DNA from: Terriglobia bacterium
Lineage (GTDB): Bacteria; Acidobacteriota; Terriglobia; Acidiferrales; UBA7541
Direction: 5' to 3'
Assembly: GCA_963695545.1 (NCBI GenBank)
Contig: OY968796.1
Span: 3,872,001-3,936,000 of the forward strand
DNA: 64,000 nt
Position numbers and translations under genes: made by a program. Position 1 is the first letter of the stretch. Each line of letters begins with the position of its first letter. This document shows, one piece after another, positions 9,021 to 18,809 of the stretch. A model generated the notes under the pieces. That model saw nothing but the letters and a program-made list of their open reading frames with translations. It was not told the origin of the DNA and made no database searches.

Positions 9021-9496
9021 CCGAAACACCGGACCTCGATCAGCATCCGATCGTCAAGAAATTACGGGCTTGGGAGCCTGAGGCGATCGCGGAAGCCCTG
9101 TTTTTTCGGGGCGAAACCACGTTGGTGGTGCCGCGGGAGCGGCTGCGGCGCGTGGCGGAATTTCTGGCGACCGAGCCGGATCTCGATTTCAAACTTCTTG
9201 CCGATGTCAGCGCGGTGGATCGATATCCGGTCGAGCCGCGCTTCGAGCTGAATTACCACATGGTTTCGCTATCGCGGCGCGAGCGGCTGCGCGTGCGTGT
9301 GCGCGTGGCGGGGAGCGATCCGGTGGTGGATTCGGTGACTTCGGTGTGGCCGACGGCGAATTGGCACGAGCGCGAGATTTTCGATCTGTTCGGAGTGCGC
9401 TTCGCGGGGCATCCCGATTTGCGCCGCATTCTGTTGCCCGAAGATTGGGAAACCTATCCTCTCCGCAAGGATTACCCGGTGGAGGGCCCGCGCTGA
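9017..9496 (+). CDS. nuoC: NADH-quinone oxidoreductase subunit C (operon 1)
   Basis: GTG start overlaps the nuoA stop. WPTANWHEREIFDLFGVRFAGHPDLRRILLP...PLRKDYP. Confidence 0.93.
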   Translation: MTETPDLDQHPIVKKLRAWEPEAIAEALFFRGETTLVVPRERLRRVAEFLATEPDLDFKLLADVSAVDRYPVEPRFELNYHMVSLSRRERLRVRVRVAGSDPVVDSVTSVWPTANWHEREIFDLFGVRFAGHPDLRRILLPEDWETYPLRKDYPVEGPR

Positions 9497-10692
9497 TGGA
9501 CACCGTCGAGACCGCGATCGGGCCGGCACAAACACTGGTTCTGAACATGGGGCCGCAGCACCCATCGACGCACGGGGTGTTGCGCGTGGTGCTGGAGCTT
9601 GACGGCGAAACTATTGTGAAAGCGGTGCCGGAAATTGGGTATCTGCACACCGGCATCGAGAAGAATGGCGAGGCGCTGACTTACTCGCAAGCGATCACCA
9701 TTACGGATCGCATGGATTATCTGGCGCCGCTTTCAAACAATTTGGGTTACTGCCTGGCGGTGGAAAAACTGCTGGGCATCGAGGCGCCGCCGCGCGCGAA
9801 ATATATTCGCGTGATGCTGACGGAGCTGACGCGGATTCAGTCTCATTTGGTGTGGCTGGGGACGCACGCGCTGGATTTGGGCGCGATGTCTGTTTTTCTT
9901 TACTGTTTCCGCGAGCGCGAGGCGATCCTGAACATTTTCGAGATGGTTTCGGGCCAGCGGATGATGACGAGCTATTTCCGCATTGGCGGTTTGGCACTGC
10001 AGCCTCCGCCGGGATATCTCGATCGCGTGGCGCGATTCTTGCGGATGTTTCCGGCGCGGATCGACGATTACGAATCTTTGCTTACGCGGAATCGCATCTG
10101 GCTGGGGCGCACGCAGGGGATCGGTATTCTCGCGCCGAAGGATGCGATTGCCATGGGCGTGACCGGGCCGATGCTGCGCGCATCGGGCGTGGATTACGAC
10201 GTCCGGAAATATTTCCCGTATAGCGGCTATGACGAATTCGATTTCAACGTGCCGACGCGCACGGAGGGCGATTGTTACGCCCGCTACCTGGTGCGGGTGG
10301 CGGAGATGCGCGAGAGCCTGAAAATCGTGAAGCAAGCGATGGACAAGATTCCGTCCGAAGGCCCGATTCGCGCCGATGCACCCGGGATCGTGCCGCCAGA
10401 GCGCGAGAAAATGAAAACGGAGATGGAATCGCTGATCTACCACTTCAAAATTTTCACTGAGGGATTTTCGCCGCCGGTGGGCGAGGTGTATCAGGCGATC
10501 GAATCGCCGCGCGGAGAGCTGGGATTTTTCATCGCCAGCGACGGTTCGCCAAAGCCTTACCGGATGCGAGTGCGCGCGCCGTCGTTTGTGAATCTGCAAT
10601 CATTGCAGACGCTGGTGAAAGGGAGTTTGCTGGCAGACGTGGTGGCGTGCATTGGAACGACCGACATTATTTTGGGGGAAGTGGACCGCTGA
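9496..10692 (+). CDS. nuoD: NADH-quinone oxidoreductase subunit D (operon 1)
   Basis: Motifs [27 protein letters not shown] and C-terminal GEVDR. Confidence 0.96.
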   Translation: MDTVETAIGPAQTLVLNMGPQHPSTHGVLRVVLELDGETIVKAVPEIGYLHTGIEKNGEALTYSQAITITDRMDYLAPLSNNLGYCLAVEKLLGIEAPPRAKYIRVMLTELTRIQSHLVWLGTHALDLGAMSVFLYCFREREAILNIFEMVSGQRMMTSYFRIGGLALQPPPGYLDRVARFLRMFPARIDDYESLLTRNRIWLGRTQGIGILAPKDAIAMGVTGPMLRASGVDYDVRKYFPYSGYDEFDFNVPTRTEGDCYARYLVRVAEMRESLKIVKQAMDKIPSEGPIRADAPGIVPPEREKMKTEMESLIYHFKIFTEGFSPPVGEVYQAIESPRGELGFFIASDGSPKPYRMRVRAPSFVNLQSLQTLVKGSLLADVVACIGTTDIILGEVDR

Positions 10693-12506
10693 TGGTGCTT
10701 CCGGCCGAAGTCGAAAAGAAATTTCAGCAATTGCTGGGCCGCTATCCGGTGAAGCGCTCGGCGCTGGTGCCGATGGCGCTCTATGCGCAGGACGCGCTGG
10801 GGAGCGTTAGCGATGAATTGATTGCTGAGATCGCGCGGCGCCTGGATTTGAACTCGCTGCAGGTGCTGGAAACGCTCGAATATTACTCGATGCTGCATCG
10901 CAAGCCGCACGGACGCAATCACGTTCAGGTTTGCACGAACATATCGTGCAAATTGCGCGGCGCGGACCGGCTGTGGGAATTCGCGCAACGCAAACTCGAA
11001 ATCGGCAACAAGCAAACTTCCGCCGACGGATTATTTTCGCTCGAAGAAGTGGAATGCATCGGCGCCTGCACCGGCGCGCCGGCTATGCAGGTGAACTACG
11101 ATTTTTACGAGAATCTAACGCCGGAGCGATTCGAGGGAATCATCGCGCGGCTGGATCGCGGCGAGCGGCCGCCATCCGTTCGGCCCACTTCCGGCGCGGT
11201 GCATCCGCGGCATCCGGCGGAAGTGCCGGTGATCAGCCGCCTATTCGGCGTGGAAAATTCGCACACGCTCGCGGTTTACTTGCAGAACGACGGGTACAAG
11301 GGACTGGAGAAGGCGCTTTCGATGTCGCCGGATCAGGTGATCGACGAAGTGAAGAAATCGAATTTGCGCGGGCGCGGAGGCGCGGGTTTTCCGACGGGAC
11401 TGAAGTGGAGTTTTGTGCCCAAGGAATCGGCGAAGGGCAAATACATCCTGGCGAATTGCGACGAGAGCGAACCCGGCACATGCAAGGATCGGCCGCTGAT
11501 GGAAATGGCGCCGCATCAATTGATCGAGGGCATGATCATCGCGGCGTACGCGGTGGGCGCGCACAACGGTTACGCGTATATCCGCGGCGAGTATCGCTAC
11601 GTGCTCGATATCGTGGAAGCCGCCGTGGTTGAGGCCTATGCAGCTGGCTGCCTCGGCAAAAACGTGATGGGCAGCGGCTTCTCGTTCGATATGGCGGTGC
11701 ACACCGGAGCGGGCGCATACGAGTGCGGCGAAGAATCGGCGCTGATGGAATCGCTCGAAGGCAAGCGCGGCTATCCGCGCATCAGGCCGCCCTTCCCTGC
11801 CGTCGTCGGGCTGTACGGCGTGCCGACGGTGATCAACAACACCGAGACGCTCTCGTCAGTGCCGGCCATTCTGCACCGCGGCGGCGAATGGTACGCGTCG
11901 CTGGGCACGCCGAAAAATGGCGGGACGCGATTGTTTTGTATTTCGGGGCACGTCAACAAACCGGGCATTTACGAATTGCCGATGGGCTTTCCGTTGAAGC
12001 GGATGATCGAGGAAGTCGCGGGCGGCATGGCGGGCGGGCGCAAGCTGAAGGCCGTGATTCCCGGCGGGAGTTCCTGCCCACTGCTGAAGGCCGATGAGAT
12101 CGAGGGCCTGGCGATGGACTACGATTCGGTGGCCAAGGCCGGCTCGATGCTGGGATCGGGCGGCACGGTGATCATCGATGAGCAGACCTGCATGGTGGAT
12201 TTGTGCCGGCGCATCATGCACTTTTACGCGCACGAATCGTGCGGCTGGTGCATTCCCTGCCGCGAAGGCACGGCATGGCTGCGGAAATTGCTCGATCGCA
12301 TTCACGACGGCGGCGGGCGCGCATCAGATATTCCGATGGTTGGCGAGCTGGCGAAAAATATGCTGGGGCGGACGTTTTGTCCTTTGGGCGACGCTGCCGC
12401 GCTGCCGACGATGAGCATCGCGAAGAAATGGCCCGAGGAATTCGAGGAGCATCTCTCCGGCAGATGCCCTTACAAACCCGCCGACGTTCTGGCCGCGGCG
12501 CTCTGA
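10692..12506 (+). CDS. nuoEF: Fused NADH-quinone oxidoreductase subunits E and F
   Basis: One ORF carries the NuoE 2Fe-2S ligands (CTNISC...ECIGAC) followed by NuoF motifs LRGRGGAGFPTG, DESEPG, GAGAYECGEE and ESCGWCIPCREG. Confidence 0.93.
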   Translation: MVLPAEVEKKFQQLLGRYPVKRSALVPMALYAQDALGSVSDELIAEIARRLDLNSLQVLETLEYYSMLHRKPHGRNHVQVCTNISCKLRGADRLWEFAQRKLEIGNKQTSADGLFSLEEVECIGACTGAPAMQVNYDFYENLTPERFEGIIARLDRGERPPSVRPTSGAVHPRHPAEVPVISRLFGVENSHTLAVYLQNDGYKGLEKALSMSPDQVIDEVKKSNLRGRGGAGFPTGLKWSFVPKESAKGKYILANCDESEPGTCKDRPLMEMAPHQLIEGMIIAAYAVGAHNGYAYIRGEYRYVLDIVEAAVVEAYAAGCLGKNVMGSGFSFDMAVHTGAGAYECGEESALMESLEGKRGYPRIRPPFPAVVGLYGVPTVINNTETLSSVPAILHRGGEWYASLGTPKNGGTRLFCISGHVNKPGIYELPMGFPLKRMIEEVAGGMAGGRKLKAVIPGGSSCPLLKADEIEGLAMDYDSVAKAGSMLGSGGTVIIDEQTCMVDLCRRIMHFYAHESCGWCIPCREGTAWLRKLLDRIHDGGGRASDIPMVGELAKNMLGRTFCPLGDAAALPTMSIAKKWPEEFEEHLSGRCPYKPADVLAAAL

Positions 12507-12514
12507 GACTCCCG

Positions 12515-14815
12515 ATGCCCGAACCTACAAAAGACGTCACTTTCAAGCTCAACGACAAGGACATCGTCGTACCGCCGGGCACGCTGGTGATCGAGGCGGC
12601 GCGTCGGCTGGGCACCGAAGTGCCGTCGTTCTGCTATTACCCTGGGCTTTCGCTGCAAGCGGCGTGCCGCATGTGTTTGGTGGAAGTCGAGAAGGCGCCG
12701 AAGCTGCAAACGGCCTGCACGCTGGTCGCGACGCCCGGCATGATCGTGCGCACGGACACCGATCAAGTGCACGCGGCGCGCAAGCAAATGCTGGAATTTC
12801 TGCTGACCAACCATCCGCTCGATTGCCCGGTGTGCGACAAGGGCGGCGAATGCGAATTGCAGGACATGGTTTTCCGATACGGCGCGGACCGCAGCCGTTT
12901 CGCCGAAGAAAAAATGCATCGGCCGGAAGAAAAATGGTCGGAGCTGGTTTATTACGACGCGCCGCGCTGCATCCTGTGCTTCCGCTGCGTGCGCGTGTGC
13001 GATGAGGGCATGGACGTGAAGGCGCTCGGCGTGGGACAGCGCGGCGTGCAGTCGGTGATCCTGCCGAATCGCGAAGGCGCGCTGGACTGCGAAGAATGCG
13101 GGATGTGCATCGACATCTGCCCGGTCGGCGCGCTCACGAGCGGGACTTATCGCTACCAGACGCGGCCGTGGGAAATGACCTACGTGCCGACGGTTTGCGC
13201 GCATTGCTCGAACGGGTGCAAGACGACGCTCTCCGTGCGCAATCACGAAATTCTGCGCGCCAACAATCGCGATCTTTCGGGCTTCAACAAAGATTTTCTT
13301 TGCGTGAAGGGGCGCTTCGGATTCGATTTCACGCGGCATCCGCAACGATTGCGCGAACCTCTGGTGCGCCGCAATGGAGCCTTGGTGCCCGCCAGTTGGG
13401 AGGACGCCATCGCGGAGATTGCCGGGCGGCTTGCCGGAATCTACAAGAAACATGGGCCGAGCGGAATCGGCGTGATTGGCTCAAATCGCACGACGAACGA
13501 AGAAAATTATTTGCTGGGCCGACTGGCGCGCGCGTCGCTCGGCACGAACAACGTGGATCATCACCGCTCGGCGGATTACGCCGGGTTGGTGGCGGAAGTC
13601 GGCAAGGCGGGCAAGAAAGATTCCGCGGCTTCGTTCGCCACGATGGGCGATCTTGAAACTGCGGGCGCGTTCCTGGTGATCGCGAACGATCCGACTGAGG
13701 AAAATCCGCTGGTCGCCTGGCAGATTCGCACGGCGATTCGCCATCAGGCGTCGCGGCTTTACATTTTAAATTCGCGCGCGATCAAACTCGGCCACAAGGC
13801 CACACAATTTGTAGAAACGCTGCCGGGAGGCGAAGCGGCAGCCGTGCGCTGGCTGGCGACGGGCCAAGGAAGCGCTAGCGGCGACGCCAAGGCAACTTTA
13901 GAAACGCTGCGCGCCGCGCTCGATAAGGAAACCGACCTGGTGATCCTGTTCGGCGCGGAGATCGCGGGCGGCGCGATCGCGGACTTGGTCGCTTGGGGCG
14001 CGGCTCGCGCGGGCCGCACGCGTTTCATGGCCCTGGGCGATTACGCGAATTCTCGCGGCGCCGCCGACATGGGTCTTCTGCCCGATCGCTTGCCGGGTTA
14101 CGCGCACATTTCCGACGCCGCGGCGCGCGCGGCGTTTGGCAAACGATGGGACGCGACGCTGCCTGACGCGCGCGGCCTGAACGCGGCGCAAATGACGGAG
14201 GCGGCGCTCGCGGGGCAATTGCCCGCGCTGTACGTTGTTGGCGCGAATCCCATCGAAACATTTGGCCGCGCGGGCACGGAGCGACCCACGGGGCTCGAGC
14301 TGCTCGTGGTGCATGAACTGTTCCTGACGGAGACGGCGCGCCTGGCAGACGTTGTTCTGCCGGCAGCGTGCCTTTACGAAAAAGACGGCACGGCGACGAA
14401 CACCGCCGGCGAAGTCCAAATGGTGCGCAAGGCGAGCGAGGCCATGGGGCCGCGTTCGGATTTCGATCTAGTGCGCTTGCTCTCGCACCAACTCGCGCGG
14501 CTTGGTGTGGGGCAGCCGATTCCACTGCGCACACCCGCAGCCGCGTTCGAGGAAATCAGGAAGCATGTTGCCGGCTACGGCGTTCCGTGGGCGGCTTTGC
14601 TCGGCGGAGGCGCCGAACTTTCTGCGCCGATCGCGAGCGCGAACGGCCAGCCGCCAGCGGGCCTGGTCTTCTCAGCGCACGACACTTTGTTTACGAGCGG
14701 GAGCTTGAGCCGCTACCTCAACAAGATTAACGCTCTGGCCGAAGCGGCTCCGGACGGCGTGAAGGCTGCAGGTCTCGGGGCGCCCGAATTTCACGAGCAA
14801 GAGGACCCGGCATGA
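12515..14815 (+). CDS. nuoG: NADH-quinone oxidoreductase subunit G
   Basis: Motifs FCYY...ACRMCLVE, HPLDCPVCDKGGEC, CILCFRCVRVC, CEECGMCIDIC and CAHCSNGC. Confidence 0.95.
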   Translation: MPEPTKDVTFKLNDKDIVVPPGTLVIEAARRLGTEVPSFCYYPGLSLQAACRMCLVEVEKAPKLQTACTLVATPGMIVRTDTDQVHAARKQMLEFLLTNHPLDCPVCDKGGECELQDMVFRYGADRSRFAEEKMHRPEEKWSELVYYDAPRCILCFRCVRVCDEGMDVKALGVGQRGVQSVILPNREGALDCEECGMCIDICPVGALTSGTYRYQTRPWEMTYVPTVCAHCSNGCKTTLSVRNHEILRANNRDLSGFNKDFLCVKGRFGFDFTRHPQRLREPLVRRNGALVPASWEDAIAEIAGRLAGIYKKHGPSGIGVIGSNRTTNEENYLLGRLARASLGTNNVDHHRSADYAGLVAEVGKAGKKDSAASFATMGDLETAGAFLVIANDPTEENPLVAWQIRTAIRHQASRLYILNSRAIKLGHKATQFVETLPGGEAAAVRWLATGQGSASGDAKATLETLRAALDKETDLVILFGAEIAGGAIADLVAWGAARAGRTRFMALGDYANSRGAADMGLLPDRLPGYAHISDAAARAAFGKRWDATLPDARGLNAAQMTEAALAGQLPALYVVGANPIETFGRAGTERPTGLELLVVHELFLTETARLADVVLPAACLYEKDGTATNTAGEVQMVRKASEAMGPRSDFDLVRLLSHQLARLGVGQPIPLRTPAAAFEEIRKHVAGYGVPWAALLGGGAELSAPIASANGQPPAGLVFSAHDTLFTSGSLSRYLNKINALAEAAPDGVKAAGLGAPEFHEQEDPA

Positions 14816-16029
14816 ACGCGCTCGCGGCCGCGCATCCGATTCTGGTTGTGGCGCTGATCAAGATCGTGGTGCTGCTGTTCCTGTTGATGACCGTTCTGGC
14901 CTACCTCTCGTGGTTCGAGCGCAAAGTGATCGCGCACATTCAATCGCGATGGGGGCCGTATCGCGTGGGGCCGCATGGCTTGCTGCAACCGCTGGCGGAT
15001 GGCTTGAAATTTCTATTCAAAGAAGATCTGGTGCCGGCGGGCGCGGACAAATTCGTATTTCTGCTGGCGCCGCTGCTTGCGCTTTCGCTGGCGATCACGT
15101 CGATCGCAATGATTCCCTTCGGGCCGTACGACATTACGATTTTTGGACAGCACACGCCTCTCGAAATCACGAATCTCTCGTTGGGCCTGCTGTTTCTGTT
15201 TGCCATCACATCGGTCGGCGTGTACGGGGTGACGCTGGCCGGCTGGTCATCGGACAGCAAGTATTCGTTGCTCGGCGGACTGCGCAGTTCCGCGCAAATG
15301 ATCAGCTACGAGCTCGCGTTGACGCTTTCCGTGGTCGGCGTGCTGTTGATGAGCGGGAGCTTGAATCTGCGGGACATCATCACGTCGCAGCAAGGCTTCG
15401 CGTGGGGAATTCTGCCGCGCTGGAATCTGCTCGCAGGACCGTTGCCACAAATACTTGGATTCTTCTGCTTCTTCACCGCATCGGTGGCGGAGACCAATCG
15501 CGCGCCGTTCGATCTGGCGGAAGCTGAAGGCGAACTGGGCGGAGGATTCCACACGGAATACTCGAGCTTCAAATTTGCGATGTTCTTCATCGCCGAATAT
15601 TCGAGCATGGTCACGGTCTCCTGCCTGGCGACAATTTTGTTTTTCGGCGGCTGGCTCTCTCCATTTCCTGCAACGTGGACGTGGACGGCGTACATTCCCG
15701 CCGTTGCGTTCGGACTGGCGGGCATCGGGCTGATCGTCGATGGCATACGCTATCGGACAATCTTCGGGCGCATCGTGCTGCCGGTTGTGGGACTCGTTCT
15801 CCTGGCGGTGGGAGCGCTGCTCTTGCGTCCCGGTGTTCTCGAAGTCGCGCAGGGGCCGTTTTGGTTTCTGCTGAAGATGGCCACGTTTCTTTTTATTTAC
15901 GTGTGGGTGCGCGGCACGCTGCCGCGATTTCGCTACGACCAATTGATGTCGATTGGATGGAAGGTGCTGTTTCCGCTGGCGCTCGCAAACGTGGTGCTGA
16001 CGAGCCTGGCCGTGGCGTTGCGGCCGTGA
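14812..16029 (+). CDS. nuoH: NADH-quinone oxidoreductase subunit H (operon 1)
   Basis: Motifs ERKV...GPYRVGPHGLLQPLADGLK, AETNRAPFDLAEAE and PRFRYDQLM. Confidence 0.95.
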   Translation: MNALAAAHPILVVALIKIVVLLFLLMTVLAYLSWFERKVIAHIQSRWGPYRVGPHGLLQPLADGLKFLFKEDLVPAGADKFVFLLAPLLALSLAITSIAMIPFGPYDITIFGQHTPLEITNLSLGLLFLFAITSVGVYGVTLAGWSSDSKYSLLGGLRSSAQMISYELALTLSVVGVLLMSGSLNLRDIITSQQGFAWGILPRWNLLAGPLPQILGFFCFFTASVAETNRAPFDLAEAEGELGGGFHTEYSSFKFAMFFIAEYSSMVTVSCLATILFFGGWLSPFPATWTWTAYIPAVAFGLAGIGLIVDGIRYRTIFGRIVLPVVGLVLLAVGALLLRPGVLEVAQGPFWFLLKMATFLFIYVWVRGTLPRFRYDQLMSIGWKVLFPLALANVVLTSLAVALRP

Positions 16030-16042
16030 GGGCGGCGATGCG

Positions 16043-16537
16043 ATGAGCGTGGTTTTCCTGGTGTTTCTGGCGCTGGCGGCGCTCGCGGTGGCGGGCGCGA
16101 TCAATTTGATTGCGCAGCGCCACCCGATTCACAGCGCGCTTTCGCTGGTTGTGGTGATGGTGGCGCTGGCGGGCGAATACCTGCTGATGGGCGCCGAATT
16201 CATCGCGGCGGTGCAAATCATCGTGTATGCGGGCGCGATCATGGTGCTGTTCATTTTTGTGATCATGCTGTTGAACGCCGGCGTCGAAGATCGCACCAAT
16301 TTGAGTCACATCGCGCGCTGGCTCGGCTTGCCGGTGGCTGCGATTCTGCTTGCGGAACTGGCGTGGACCGTGCGGCACGGATCGCGGGCCGCGGGCAATC
16401 TTCCAGGCGGAACGGTTTCGACAAGTCGTCTTTCGACGCTGCTGTTTCGCGAATACGTGTTTCCGTTTGAGTTGACGTCGGTTTTGATTCTGGTGGCGAT
16501 CATGGGCGCGATCGCTCTGGCGAAGCGCGAAGAGTAG
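16043..16537 (+). CDS. nuoJ: NADH-quinone oxidoreductase subunit J (operon 1)
   Basis: Motifs QIIVYAGAIMVLFIFVIMLL and PFELTSVLILVAIMGA. Confidence 0.94.
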   Translation: MSVVFLVFLALAALAVAGAINLIAQRHPIHSALSLVVVMVALAGEYLLMGAEFIAAVQIIVYAGAIMVLFIFVIMLLNAGVEDRTNLSHIARWLGLPVAAILLAELAWTVRHGSRAAGNLPGGTVSTSRLSTLLFREYVFPFELTSVLILVAIMGAIALAKREE

Positions 16538-16571
16538 CGCCGGGCGATTTAGGCCGCCGCGGGGGGAAGGC

Positions 16572-16874
16572 GTGGTTTCTGTCTCTGACGTCCTGGTGCT
16601 GAGCGCCTTGCTGTTTGGATTGGGCGTGATCGGCTTCATTTTCAAGCGCAACATCATCACGCTGTTCATGTGCATCGAGCTGATGTTGAACGCGGTGAAC
16701 CTTGCGTTTGTGGCGTTCAGCCGCGCGCTCGGCGAGCTGCAAGGCCAGATTTACGTGTTCTTCGTGATCGTGGTGGCCGCGGCCGAAGCGGCCGTGGGAT
16801 TGGCAATCGTGATTCTGATCGCGCGAAATCGCCGCTCGCTGAACGTCGAGCGCGTGGATTCGCTCAAGCTCTAA
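16572..16874 (+). CDS. nuoK: NADH-quinone oxidoreductase subunit K (operon 1)
   Basis: Motifs IELMLNAVNL and VAAAEAAVGLA. Confidence 0.95.
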   Translation: MVSVSDVLVLSALLFGLGVIGFIFKRNIITLFMCIELMLNAVNLAFVAFSRALGELQGQIYVFFVIVVAAAEAAVGLAIVILIARNRRSLNVERVDSLKL

Positions 16875-18808
16875 TGCCCGTTCTCGACCACTTGTGGATC
16901 ATTCCGCTGCTGCCCTTGCTGGGCGCGGCGGCCAACGGCTTGCTGGGCCGCGGATGGAGCGCGAAACGCGTCAACGTGGTCGCGCTCAGCTCGACGGGCT
17001 TGGCGCTCTTAGCTGTGCTCGAGCTCACGCGCGAATTCTTCCGTCTGGGTGCGGACCAACTGCCGTGGATGCCGCCCGGTTATTTTACGTGGATCGCAGC
17101 GGGCGGATTCCGCGCCGATTTCGCGCTGCAAGTCGATCAGCTCACGCTCGTGATGCTGCTCGTGGTCACCGGCGTGGGCTGGCTGATCCATCTCTACTCG
17201 ACCGGATACATGTCGGGTGATGGCGGCTACACGCGCTTTTTCGCGTACATGAATCTTTTCATGTTCTTCATGCTCATTTTGGTGCTGGCGGCGAATTACG
17301 CGCTGATGTTCGTCGGGTGGGAAGGCGTGGGCCTGGCGAGTTACCTGCTCGTCGGCTTTTTCTTTTTGAAACCTTCGGCGACGAATGCCGGCAACAAAGC
17401 GTTCTGGGTGAATCGCATCGGCGATTTCGGTTTTCTGCTGGGACTGTTCTTGATGTTCCGCACGTTCGCGTCGCTCGATTTCAGTTCGGTGTTCCCGCAA
17501 GCCGCCGCGATGCCCGTGGAATCCTCCGGGCACGGCGTGATGACGGCGATTGCGCTGCTGCTGTTTGTCGGCGCAACCGGAAAATCGGCGCAGTTGCCGC
17601 TATACGTATGGCTGCCGGACGCGATGGAAGGCCCGACGCCGGTAAGCGCGCTGATCCACGCCGCGACGATGGTCACGGCCGGCGTGTACATGGTGGCGCG
17701 CTCGAGCATGATCTTCACGCACGCGCCACGCGCGATGATGGTCGTCGCGGTGATCGGCGCCGTCACGGCGCTATTCGCCGCAACGATTGCCCTGGTCCAG
17801 ACCGACATCAAGAAGGTGCTGGCCTATTCCACAGTCTCGCAATTGGGTTACATGTTCCTTGGGCTGGGAGTGGGCGCTTTCGGAGCCGGAATTTTCCACT
17901 TGATGACGCACGCATTTTTCAAAGGATTGCTGTTCCTTGCCGCCGGCAGCGTGATCCACGCCACGGGCGGCGAACAAGACTTGCGCAAAATGGGCGGACT
18001 GCGCAAGAAAATTCCCTGGACCTACGGCACGATGCTGATGGCCACGCTGGCGATCGCAGGCGCGCCGGGATTTTCCGGATTCTTCAGCAAGGACGACATT
18101 CTCGGCGCGACCGACACGAGTACGGGCGGACAGATCCTGTGGCTCATCGGCGTCGTGACGGCCGGCCTGACGGCGTTCTACATGTTTCGGCTGCTGTTCC
18201 TGGCCTTTCACGGCGCGCCGCGCTACGACGAACACGCCGTGCATGTTCACGAATCGCCGAAGTCCATGCTCGTGCCGCTGGTCGCGCTGGCGGTTCTCTC
18301 GGTGGTCGGCGGATGGTGGGCGGTTCCCGAATTTTTCGGCGGACCGAACTATTTCGATCGCTTTCTCGCTCCGGTGTTCGCGGCAAGCGGCACGCTGCTC
18401 GGGGAAATGAGCCGCGCGTTCGTGCTTGGGCGCATGGCGGTGGCTGTCGGCGCGGGACTCGTGGGATTTATTGTGGCTTGGTGGTTTTATCTCGGCCGCT
18501 CGAAAGCGGCGGATCGTCTTGCGGAATCGCTGTCTGGAATCTATCGCCTACTTGTCGGCAAATACTTCATCGATGAAATTTACGCCGCCGTCATTGTGCG
18601 GCCGCTCGTGTGGATTTCGCGCGTGGTGCTTTGGCACGGTGTGGACGAAGGCGTGATCGACGGCACGGTGAATGGCGTCGGGCAATCGGCGCAAGTCGGC
18701 GGCGGCATTTTGCGACGCATCTACTCGGGCAACACGCGGAGTTACGCGACGTGGGTGGTGCTGGGCGCCGCGGTGCTGGTCGCATTCCTGCTCTGGATGG
18801 GACACTGA
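16874..18808 (+). CDS. nuoL: NADH-quinone oxidoreductase subunit L (operon 1)
   Basis: Motifs GWEGVGL, NRIGD and GKSAQLPLYVWLPDAMEGPTPVSALIHAATMV. Confidence 0.95.
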   Translation: MPVLDHLWIIPLLPLLGAAANGLLGRGWSAKRVNVVALSSTGLALLAVLELTREFFRLGADQLPWMPPGYFTWIAAGGFRADFALQVDQLTLVMLLVVTGVGWLIHLYSTGYMSGDGGYTRFFAYMNLFMFFMLILVLAANYALMFVGWEGVGLASYLLVGFFFLKPSATNAGNKAFWVNRIGDFGFLLGLFLMFRTFASLDFSSVFPQAAAMPVESSGHGVMTAIALLLFVGATGKSAQLPLYVWLPDAMEGPTPVSALIHAATMVTAGVYMVARSSMIFTHAPRAMMVVAVIGAVTALFAATIALVQTDIKKVLAYSTVSQLGYMFLGLGVGAFGAGIFHLMTHAFFKGLLFLAAGSVIHATGGEQDLRKMGGLRKKIPWTYGTMLMATLAIAGAPGFSGFFSKDDILGATDTSTGGQILWLIGVVTAGLTAFYMFRLLFLAFHGAPRYDEHAVHVHESPKSMLVPLVALAVLSVVGGWWAVPEFFGGPNYFDRFLAPVFAASGTLLGEMSRAFVLGRMAVAVGAGLVGFIVAWWFYLGRSKAADRLAESLSGIYRLLVGKYFIDEIYAAVIVRPLVWISRVVLWHGVDEGVIDGTVNGVGQSAQVGGGILRRIYSGNTRSYATWVVLGAAVLVAFLLWMGH

Positions 18809-18809
18809 C

